From NCBI RefSeq assembly GCF_026571515.1, contig NW_026859351.1:1-64000 (forward strand): a stretch of DNA of 64,000 bases, written 5' to 3'. Position 1 is the first letter of the stretch. The number at the start of each line of letters is the position of its first letter. Source of the DNA: Ruditapes philippinarum (taxonomy: Eukaryota). Below the pieces are notes generated by a model. That model was given only the letters and a program-made list of their open reading frames with translations. It ran no database searches and was not told the DNA's origin. The translations under genes and the position numbers were made by a program. Below are positions 53,671 to 64,000 of the stretch, piece by piece.

Positions 53671-56162
53671 GGTAATAGGACATTTCGGACCATGGACGTT
53701 TCGGACCAGACACTTCGGACCAGATTTCGGGACACTTCGGACCAGATTTTGGGACATTTCGGACCAGATATTTGGACGTTTCGGACCATGTGTTGGACAT
53801 TTCGGACCATGTGTTGGACATTTCGGACCATTGTTTTGGACATTTCGGACCAGATTAAATATTAGTTTTTGATATATTAGGCATCAATTATTCGATAAAC
53901 TAAAGAAACTTTATATATATATTGACACAATGGGACGATTTTACACCTATCCCGATTTAGATTTATATATTTTGCACTATAAATGAAGAAAATTAAAAAA
54001 CAAACAAGCAATGTTTTAATGACACACGTTTGCAAACAATTTATTTTAAAATATTTACAAAAAAGACATGGCGAAATAGATTATTTACAACATATTCTTA
54101 TAAAACAAATACATTATTGACAAACACATACATACCGTTGAATGTATACACTTAGATAATTATTGATCACAAAACACTAGAATATTTACGTCCAATATTT
54201 TTTATCCAACGTGATCTTGTTGGTATATGTCATCTTTGATTGATGTTTATTATAATAAAAACATATAATAATAATTCTCTGAATTCTGGATACATATAGT
54301 AATGTACTTACTTCCGTTTTAACTTTAACGGCTGTCAATATTCCTGGTTTTGATTCATGTGTATGAGCACTTCCCGCGACACGATAGTCCGAACCTGTCT
54401 GTTTAACAACTGCTGGGCACCCACTTTTCCTACCGCGTACGCTGCATCGCCAGTCAACTGTTCCGTTCACAAGAGTCCGCTTCTTCACGAATGTGTATCC
54501 ATCAGATGAAACCAGTTTCATGTTGCCGCGTGTAGAACCCCATACGACTATTTGGTAAGTGACAGGTGCATCTTCTGGTACATCTTGTACTGTTTCGTCC
54601 ACAATTGTTCTGAAATGGAAACAGGATCATTAATATGCAACCATATGCAACCATAATACAAAATGGACAATTCACTATTTATTTCAATACATTTCAAAAT
54701 TATTGTAAATTGTATACTTCACTTACAATCCATTATTGTCGTCGGACATCTCACGATTCGGCCGTGTTACATCAAAAGCGGTTGTATCAACGACTGTCTC
54801 CATATCATATTCACATCTGGCTGGTGAAAGCTCCTCAGCTAAGAGAGAAACCCTTGTACTCACATGTTGCGGCATACGTATAACACTCCTGGTCCTGTTC
54901 ATTCGCTCATCACTGTAGTTTATCGTTTCGTCCTATAAAAGAAAACAACAATTAATTTACATGTACATGACTATCAATTCTGTAATAGTATTTTGTAAGA
55001 TGGATAATTTATTGACTTAAGTCAATCGGCAAAAATGTCTTTGTCTATTTACTTGTGCAATTTAAAACCATATACTTTGCAATACATATTGAATAAATAA
55101 ACATACGCATCATCGGTTTGGCTGTGTGGGTATTTAACATTATTTGCCCGTGCAAATTCTTTTTGTTCAGTAGCAATTGTTTTTAACAAAAAAAAACAAA
55201 AACTTTTTAAATAAAATTTGCTTTTATATATAGCCATTTTATTTACCATTAAAATAAATAGATGCACACATACCTGATCAACATCCATGGCAATCTCACA
55301 GTGTACACAACGATCAGTAGACATAGTGATATGTATATAACTATTTCAGTTTGTAAGCTGTATAAGTTATGAGGATGAAATCAAACGCCGCCTTTCCTTG
55401 TTGATCTTGTTTTTCATATTCTACATCTTTTTATATTGCAGTCTGGACTTCAAATTTGTTTACAATTAATCAATTTGTTTGTTGTTAATTGTTAATTAAA
55501 ACTGTACTTTAATCGCATTCCAATCTAATCCAATCAATTAAAATATTTGTTGTAAAATAAGGTGAAAATTACATACATACTTCTTTAATTGAGTGAATCG
55601 TAACTTTAACGAGTTCTATTCAGCAATTAAAACGTGTGAAAAACTGCATTGACAAGGATGTCGTTGTTCTTTAATACCACCTAGATCACGATTTAATTTG
55701 GATAAAGTTGACTTTAAATATGTATATTCAGCGTATATCCTACGCTTACCAATATAGATCTAAAGGTATTTTATTATTGTTTTAATTTTTTTTTCAATAT
55801 TAAAAAAATGTCAGCGTATAGAAATACATAAATGAATTACGATAGAAGTATTTGCATGGATAGACAAAACAATGGTAATATAAGCTTATCAGAAAATGTT
55901 AAAATCGCGTCGGACAGGTCTTTACTGCATGCATTTTGAATATCATAAAATATAAAAAATGTCAAATATTGTAAATACATCCTGAAATAACAAATAATTT
56001 TATATAAAAAGGAATATATGTTCTGGTCCGAAGTGTCCCCATCATGGTTCGAAATGACCATCGCATGGTCCGATATGTCCCAAAATCTGGTCCGAAATGA
56101 CCCAAAAATCTGGTCCGAAATGTCTGGTCCGAAACGTCCGTGGTCCGAAATGTCCGTAATTC
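53671..56162 (-). mobile_element. Mutator-like (MULE) deletion derivative with tandem-repeat TIRs and 8-bp TSD
   Basis: Arrays of GGACATTTCGGACCA at 53678-53852, inverted at 56024-56155. TSD TTCTAGGC at 53663-70 and 56163-70. Internal FLYWCH-type exon. Confidence 0.88.
54312..55324 (-). CDS. Spliced N-terminal part of a MULE-type transposase (FLYWCH zinc finger; no catalytic domain seen)
   Basis: Exons 55324-55274, 54932-54727 and 54609-54312 are in phase. Motif GSTRG..KLVSSDGYTF..WRC..CPA..HTH. Confidence 0.72.
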
Positions 56163-56366
56163 TTCTAGGCGCTTGTTAAAGTTATAAACAGGTGCTTGTC
56201 GTTCCTGTTCTAAACTAAAAATATATATATAAATAAATAAAATATTTAATAGTATTTGTAATCTTAAATCTGATAAAAATGAGTTTACTTTAAATTTATT
56301 GCTTGTAATATATTTTTAACTAATTTAAATTTAATTATATTTTAAAAATATTCACATCTGTCCTTA

Positions 56367-56380
56367 TTTGTCATGACAAC
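56367..56380. promoter_or_regulatory. RFX X-box-like motif upstream of TTC29
   Basis: TTTGTCATGACAAC versus consensus GTTNCCATGGNAAC; ~60 bp before a candidate UTR-exon donor (AAAG|gtagtt, 56441). Confidence 0.5.
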
Positions 56381-56824
56381 AGGAAGCTCAATGGCTGCCA
56401 AATCATACAATTTCATGAGTTTATAAAAACGATAACAAAGGTAGTTATTGGATCTTATTGTCTTAGATAATTGGTTTGATATTTTCTAAATAAGTGATCA
56501 AATTCTCTAAATAATTTGTTTTGTACACTGAGAATATTAAGATTTAAATTATGCCTACATCGATCTATTTTTGAGGTATTGCACTGACTTGTACTTTTGT
56601 AGACCTGTTAATGATTTAGATCAAAGTAGATTGACGATGTATTGACATCTTATTTGAAGTAGAAAAGTATGTGGATTTACAAATGCATTTAGAATTAGTT
56701 GTAAGTAGAATGTCTTGCCACATTAACTAAGTAAATTGAAGGTATAATTTATAGCACTTTTCTGAATACCATAACAATAGCTATTTCTTTTCAAGGAGCC
56801 AAGGACTGTGTAACATGTCTTAGT

Positions 56825-58164
56825 GCAAACAGGACATTTCGGCCCCAAACCAAATCGGCCCCAGTCGAAAAATCGGCCCCTGGACGTTTCGGCCCTTTTC
56901 TGCGAGACGTTTCGGCCCCACTATAGTGTATTGCTTGATTGATTAACAACAATTAATTTGATTACAATCAAACAATTATGACACTTTAATTCTTTAAATA
57001 ATTATTTATTATCTTTTGATCTCATGAACCATTTAGATATACGTTAATGTTTTTAAAGGTGTAACAAACAATAAAGGCCGGTTACTTACTTATAAAACAA
57101 ACCACTTAAACTTCTTGATTAAGAAAGTCTGACCAGTCCCCTCACTCTGAGGGTCTTATCAACCAACTAGAAATGGTCCAACGTCGCGCTGCAAGATTCG
57201 TGAAACAAGACTACACACGAACAAGCTGCGTCACCGACATGCTTACCGACCCCAAATGGGACACCCTCCAACACCGGCGCAACAACACCAGAACAACTAT
57301 GTTCTTCAAGATAATGCACAACCTTGTAGATATTATACCAGATCCTCCACTTATCAATGCTAAGACTGTCAGAGGGCACAACCAACGCTTCCGCCAAATC
57401 AGAGCACGCACCTCCATCTTCCAAAATAGTTTCTTTCCCGCAACCATCGTGCTTTGGAACAAGCTGCCGCAAGACGTTGTTGACCAGACCAGCCTGGATG
57501 CTTTCCAATCAGCTCTGGTCAGCCAACATATAAAATACTAATCACGGAGTTGTTTTTACTCTTTTAATAGAAACTGTAAATAGTGAAACTTTTTATTTTT
57601 ATTTTGGAAAAAGTCAGTCCTGCCTGCTGCGTATGTATATACAGTTTTTATCCGATTGCGAGTATACTCCTTGCGAAGTGATGCAATTACTTAAGATGAT
57701 GATGATGATGATGAAAGTTACTTACAATTTTTCCTTAGAAAACATCTTTTGATCTTAATCAAACTATACGTATTTTTTTCAAAGTGTAACTAATTAACTG
57801 TTTATACATTATGCTAATTGGCAGTATTGTTTTATGTCTTGCTTCTTTATCATTCAAATAAAATATTATCTATATATGGTTTATAATTTTTTTTGTGTAT
57901 TATATTTTTTCAAATAAAGTTTATGTTCTGTTCTGTTTGTATTGATTACTTTCCCCCTACTACTATAATAATCTAGCTTTTATACTAAATGATTAAATAT
58001 ATATATTAATTGATTAATTTTTTTTTTGAAATGCTATTAATATATCGGTTTAAAATAAAGTACTTATTCTGGGGCCGATTTGGTAAAGGGCCGAAACGTC
58101 CGGGGCCGAAACGTCTTTGGTAGTTTGGGGCCGATATGTCTTGGGTCCGAAACGTCTCGAAATC
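56825..58164. mobile_element. Related MULE-like non-autonomous element, 8-bp TSD
   Basis: GGACATTTCGGCCCC repeats inverted at 58071-58157; TSD GTCTTAGT at 56817-24 and 58165-72. Confidence 0.85.
57129..57712 (+). mobile_element. 3' fragment of a CR1-group LINE nested in the MULE-like element
   Basis: LEMVQRRAARFV..SFFPATIVLWNKLP; (GAT)n tail; possible TSD GAAAGT at 57123 and 57713. Confidence 0.85.
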
Positions 58165-58451
58165 GTCTTAGTTCTCACCAGAGTTAGACTTTATTGGAAG
58201 ATAGAAAGTATATTGGCACCACTTAACAATATTGGCACCACTGAACACCATTTTTTGGCCAATCTCCCTATCTTTTTTTGGCCAATCTCCCTATCCCAGA
58301 GCAGTTCATTCGATGAGACTTGTACTGTTCTTTGAACAGGTAAAAACATCCGTAATATTCTTAGTATGTAAAATGAATGTTTGACATTTGCAAGTTGATT
58401 ACTATCACTTTTATTGACATGTATCTTATAGGACTTGCAGAAGAGGCCAAA

Positions 58452-61400
58452 ATGGCGGCCGCACATACTTTACCCCCAATTCATGGAGCCAAGAGTGGGG
58501 GTAATACAGGAATGATGGGCTCAATGAAACACAATCAGCCAGTGCACTTTGCACCTGCACCACCAAAAGGACCACCCAGTGGAAGATTAAAACCTATACA
58601 GAAAAAGAAAAAGATTTTTGTTGAACCAGATCAAGCATTTTCTCAGCCTATGCTTACAAAAAGACAGACAACAGCGTAAGGATAAACCTTATATCATTTT
58701 TCATACTATGATTATTATTTCAAGTTTTTTACACTATGTGAGCATAAGTATAAGTTTTGTTTAAAAGTTTGATATTGTAAAGGGAGATATGTTTGTCTTT
58801 AATTTTTATGGTTTAACATATGAAATTTCAAAAAGTTCTTGATAAGTTATCAGTATTGGTTTATTTGGCAATTATTATTTTATGCTAATGTTGTTTCATC
58901 ACTTTAGAAGCAGAATTTAAATGAAATTTGAAAACTATTGTAAATGTAATGCACATGTAGGTAAATCTTTAAAAAATAAATAATCAAAGCAATGAATTGA
59001 TTTGGTTTTATTTTTCAGATATCGGAATACTTATAAACATAATCTGTGTGTGGACATGTTACAAAATGGTTTTCATTTGTCATTCTGTGAACTTTTTGCA
59101 CTTATTAAAAGACAAGAGGATACAAGAGTGCAAGCAGGACCTGAATCTCTTCTTTGGAGTATGACTTTACTTGAGGATCAACATGATAAATTAGATGTGC
59201 TAAAACTTCATTTAACAAGAGCTGAAACAGCTCAGAGAAATGGTATGATTTCATTAACTCATTTCAAAGAAATTGTGTTACTGTCCTGCTGAACCTGGGT
59301 GTCAGTGTCCGGTCGGTTTTTGTTGGTTAATGCAAGTTCTTGTAGAACTTCATATCTTATCAACCACTAAAACGATGTCTTTAATATCCTTACCGGAGGT
59401 CACTATCCAAGGCACATAACTGAGGCATGAATTTGAAATCTATTATTGTGTGAATTAAGAAGTATCGTATTCAAAGATTTCAATTTGCATTCAGTATTAT
59501 TCTTCAAAACTTCTGGGTACTGAAGGTTTTCACTTAAAACTGATTACATGTCTTTTGGATAATATTGGTGATCATTGTCCATTGGACTCTGGCATGGATT
59601 TTAACTTATTTAAAGCCTTTTGTGAATTTTTTATAAATAAAAAAAATCCTTTTTAAAGTGCAATTAAGTACTGTCTGATGGTATTTACTTGAAGTCACAG
59701 GATCTCTTTCAAAAGCTCATAACTCTGACATGGAAGTAATGGCCCTTTGTGAACCTAGAAAATTCCCGCTTGATATTTTGTTTGTAGAATCAGTCATCAA
59801 AACTTCTGATGGTATTCACTGAATCTTTAAATGATTTCTTGTATTCAAGACAACGTAAGGGTCATTTTCCTAGACCTGTAACTCTGGCTTGGATTTTGAA
59901 TGAAATATTGTTGTGAACTTAGAACTAACCTGTGTCACTATCTTAGACTCTTAACTATGTCATGTTTTTTAAATGAAATCTTTTTCTTTCTTGATTCATA
60001 CATTATCCAAGCTCTTGTTTCACTATCAAGCAATTAGAACAAGTGCACCTTCCTGTTTTTATCTTCCAGCAATTACTAATTATGAGTGATATTAATGACA
60101 TTTTTATGTAATAGTTCTTAAAGAAAGTAATTATCATACATATATACCAGTACGGCATCAATCTTAATTGATGGAACAACATTTACTACATCTCAGTGTC
60201 TTGTTTTCTTTTAATGTCTTTGGGTTCCAATACTTAAGGCGATGAGAATTGAATTTTGCTTATAGGTTCTAGGTGTTGCGAGATATGTTACACATACAAT
60301 GTAGTTAATCATTCTGTTTTTGTTGTTTTCATTGCTCTTTAGTGATCTCCCCATTTGAGAACTTTGTACCGGTATTGCTTCAAAGTATAACTGACAGTAT
60401 ACAGGTTTAAAATGGTTTAAATGGTTTAAAATACTTTATAACTGTTTAATCTAACACTTTCATCAATGAAATCAATTCTACTGAATTGTTATCAGGTTTA
60501 TGATTATAGACTATAATACATCACATGAAAAATTTCTATTTATATTGAAGGTGATTTCCTTGAAGTATACAGAGCTAGGTATGAACTTGCTCGTTATTTC
60601 CAGTCCTCCAATGACAAGTGGTTGGCAGATCATTTCTTCGAGACATGTCTAGACACTGCCGCTCTAGTCACAGATGATGGTGGAAAAGTACAAGCTGAGG
60701 GCTACTGTAATGTCGCCTTGGCACAGGAAGAAAACAGTAAGTTTATAGTATAGTCTTACAAAACTAACATTGAATTATAAATCATTGAGAGGTTTAGCTT
60801 GATTCTCTTACATGCATGTTCTCAACTCTTTAAGGAAAACTGTCTGCCTCTGTATAGACAGTCTGATCAACATACAGAACAGAATGGTCCGTAGAGAGTT
60901 TAGGGTTTATGTTTGTATATAGAATTGTCTCCCTTTGTCCTTTATCGTGGAAAAATTCAATATAAGAGCATTTCGTTTGGCATCAGTTAAACATTTATTT
61001 AATTCGTCACAGTTGTTTCTTCATTACTGTGGTCAGTGAATTCGGATAATTCACAAATATAATTTGTTACTTTAACATTCTTGTTTTTATACTGATTAAA
61101 GGGTATATTTGATATTATGTTTCAGTAATTTACTCATTGACTAAAGCAGGGTTTTAGGAGTCTGTATCATTCTTCTTTGCTTAGTAACACCTTAAGATGT
61201 TCATAAATCTCTCAACCTAGCTTTTGAATATGCTTGGTCTAAAACATATTCTTTATATAACCCAAACTTATATCCACAAAATACATCTACTCACATGGCT
61301 GATCAAGTTGTTCAGTGTTCTCTTAATATAAGCAAAGCAGGTCAATTGTTGTTCACATACAATGATACATATTACATCATAATCACACAAATATTATTTT

Positions 61401-63875
61401 ATATTCACATACATATGTCATATTCACATAAAATTTTACATATAATTTTGTATTTACATAAATATTATGTCATATTCACATAAATTTTTACATATTTATT
61501 TCGTATTCACATACATGTTATGTCATATTCACATAAATTTTTACATACATTGTATTTCGTATTCACATACATATTAAATTATGCACATAATTTTTTACAT
61601 ATGATTTCGTATTTACATACATGTGTCATATTTACATAAATTTTTACATATGATATTATTTCGTATTCATATACATATGTCATATTCACATAAATTTTTA
61701 CATACCGGTATTATTTCGTATTCAGTTTATTCACATCCTGAACATTTTAGAAGATATCGTTATTTACATATACCATGATGTTTTATTTATAGCACATGAA
61801 AGAGAACTTGTTATTGAGCAAAGTATTGACCCCAATGGCAGTAGTATTATAGGTTAAATTTTAAACTGTTTAGTTGGACAAAGTAAAAGTTGCATGTTGA
61901 TTAAGTTACATGATATTAGTTTATGTTGATTGGAAGTTACTTTTGTTTACAGGTTCTTGTTAAGTTTTAGTTTATTTCTGTTTCATTCATTGGTGGAATT
62001 CAGTTTACAATTTAAAGTCTTTTTTATTACACTGATATAGTGAAAAAGGTGTTCAGAATTTAATGTTGAACTTGTTTGTCTATTTTTTTATATTATGGAA
62101 TGTGTTCATAGAACTTTCTTTTGTCAGTATTTATAAGCAGGATGATTACCTAATTCATATGAAAGTCCCTTTGTATATTTTTTTGTCATCTTTCATATGG
62201 TTTCTCATTTGCGACAAAATTAAAGGCACACTATTCCTCAGAAATTAATACATAAAAAAAAATAGCAAATACTGTAATACTGTTTTGTAATGTTGGATTA
62301 AAAGCATGTTAGAAGTAAAAGATGGCTCACCTTTATGGCCAACGATTACTCTTTTTGAAACTGAAACAGGGCACCAATAATACAAATGGGCCTTTAAGAA
62401 ACAGATATGATTTCTTGTAGAAATTCAAAATTTAGTTAGAATTAGATACATCTACAAGTAATTGAAATAGATACATCCATAAGTAGATTCTTTATTCAAA
62501 AATGGTATTTTTTGCTCCAGGTGAATTCCACAATGCAGCAGAGAACTTTGAGGCTTATTACAGTCTTGCGGCTCAGAATAAAGAGTGGACTACAGCTGAT
62601 GGTATATCATTCCACACAGATGCATGTATACATCTTGCTCGTATATACACTACCATAGGGGAACGTGTAGAGCAAGAGAGTGTAGAACTTATGCTCGAAT
62701 ATCTAAACAAGGCTTATAACTCTGCAAAAGAAAGTAAGCATGAAAACACATTGCAATCTGGGTAGCATTTCATGGAAAGTCCTAAGTCTTAAATATGTCT
62801 TATGACCAAAGTTAAGACAATTTTTGTTCCAAAGAAAATGTCCTTAATTACAACTCTTATGTTGAGACTCTTTAATTTTTGAATAGTGATGCAGATGAAC
62901 ATTTACACATTGCTGATTGAAGCGCATGCCATTGTATTTTATAACTTTTCTCAGGAGAATGAATTAGATAAAAGTCTAAAGCTTTTACTGAAGATGAAAA
63001 TACTTATTGAAACAGTCTTAAGTCAGTCCTATAGTTTGTTGTAAGTCCTAGGACTTAGGATACACTTAGGACTTTCTATGAAATGCAGCCCATGATTAAA
63101 GTTAAATTTACTTATGTTATACGACTACAATGGTAAGAGGCATGCATGAAACAGATAATCTCATGCAGGTAGCTTACAACAGTTGTCCTGTGCTTATGTG
63201 ATAATTATTTACTCATCAGTACTTTTACATAATCCTATAAATACTGATCAAACACTGAAGATACAGTTACTCAAAAATAATCGAACTTTTTTCATTAATT
63301 TGCAATCCAACCCATTCATTAGTTTATTGGGCATCTGTGGCCTGTGGCTGAGTGGTTAAGGTTGTTGTCTTCAAACCACTTGCCCCTCAATTGTCACTGG
63401 GTTTGGACCCTGCTTAAAAATTTTCTTATATGTGAGGAAACTATCCAGCTTGTTTATCTACTTGCCTGAAATGGTACATGGAGGAGCCTCAACCAGTATA
63501 GCTGGAAAGTCATATGACCATTATAGTGTCTGTTTAACTTAAAATCCAACAAAAAATAAACAAACTACCCTGCCATTATTGGGAAAGAGTGGCTTATACT
63601 TCAAACCCAATGGTGTTTATTTAACAATACAAGTTAATCCTTAAAGAAGGTTTCATGTGGAATAGTATTAAAACTATTCAACTTGTTCTTTTCTGGAATG
63701 ATTAGCATAACTTTTTATCATGTTTCATAATTATTATTAAAAGACAGAATATTCAAGCACATTGTATAATGTTGATGTATAAATCACAGGTCACCAGGAG
63801 AAAATGGAGGGTGAGGCTGCATACAGACTTGGTCTTGCTGCTGACACAGCTGGTGAAAATGATACAGCACTTGTT
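58452..63875 (+). CDS. TTC29: Tetratricopeptide repeat protein 29 (5' part; continues past the window)
   Basis: Exons 58452-58675, 59019-59242, 60551-60736, 62521-62733 and 63790-63875 are in phase. YRNTYKHNLCVDMLQNGFHLSFCELFAL..DKLDVLKLHLTRAE matches TTC29 as recalled. Confidence 0.9.
59285..60058 (+). mobile_element. Old degenerate HINE-like array
   Basis: Diverged ~150-bp repeats containing (A)TAACTCTG(G)CATGGA..TTGTGAA. Confidence 0.5.
61380..61725. repeat. Degenerate AT-rich minisatellite
   Basis: Recurrent GTCATATTCACATAAATTTTTACATA / TTCGTATTCACATACAT. Confidence 0.85.
62760..63091. mobile_element. PIF/Harbinger-like MITE
   Basis: GGGTAGCATTTCATGGAAAGTCCTAAGT / ACTTAGGACTTTCTATGAAATGCAGCCC; TSD not clean. 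Confidence 0.65.
63327..63566 (+). mobile_element. tRNA-derived SINE
   Basis: A box-like GTGGCTGAGTGGTTAAG, B box-like GGGTTTGGACCC, GTGAGGAAACTATCCAGCT core and A-rich tail. Confidence 0.7.
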
Positions 63876-64000
63876 GTAAGTCAAACTATACTCTCATCCA
63901 TTCTTTGAAAAATGAAATAAAAAAATATGTGTATGTCAGAATTTTTTCTCCTTCTTTTAAACCAAATTTTCTAATTTTTTTTGTGGAATCAATTAGTTGT

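Noticed and set aside
53678-53852. Short direct repeats with variable spacers (CRISPR-like) and ORFs 53624-53843
   Set aside because: Spacers are only a few nt, the array is mirrored at 56024-56155 inside a TSD-flanked element, and there are no cas genes. The ORFs are repeat read-through.
63330-63415. tRNA gene
   Set aside because: Degenerate A/B boxes without a cloverleaf, followed by a SINE body.

Overview
AT-rich, intron-containing eukaryotic DNA. The repeat families suggest a bivalve, probably an oyster (inference). No CRISPR array, rRNA or prokaryotic system is supportable. 1-26 kb: tandem array (~4.7-kb unit) of a 5-exon BTB/POZ gene resembling the insect 'serine-enriched protein' (gprs). 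There are four copies plus a relic, each with a different lesion or insertion. 26-36 kb: TXNDC9 (CDS in one exon, one homopolymer frameshift) and THEM6 (with a GC-AG intron). 37.7-52.9 kb: SUPT7L on the minus strand (9 coding exons, 396 aa), with introns full of Helentron-type elements carrying 166-bp satellite arrays. A GC-elevated, hairpin-rich block lies in its 5' region. 53.7-58.2 kb: two related Mutator-like elements with 8-bp TSDs, one keeping a spliced FLYWCH-only ORF. 58.4 kb to the end: 5' part of TTC29, divergent from SUPT7L, with an upstream RFX X-box. Gene models were built by hand from splice signals and reading phase. Gene and family names come from recalled similarity, not database searches.
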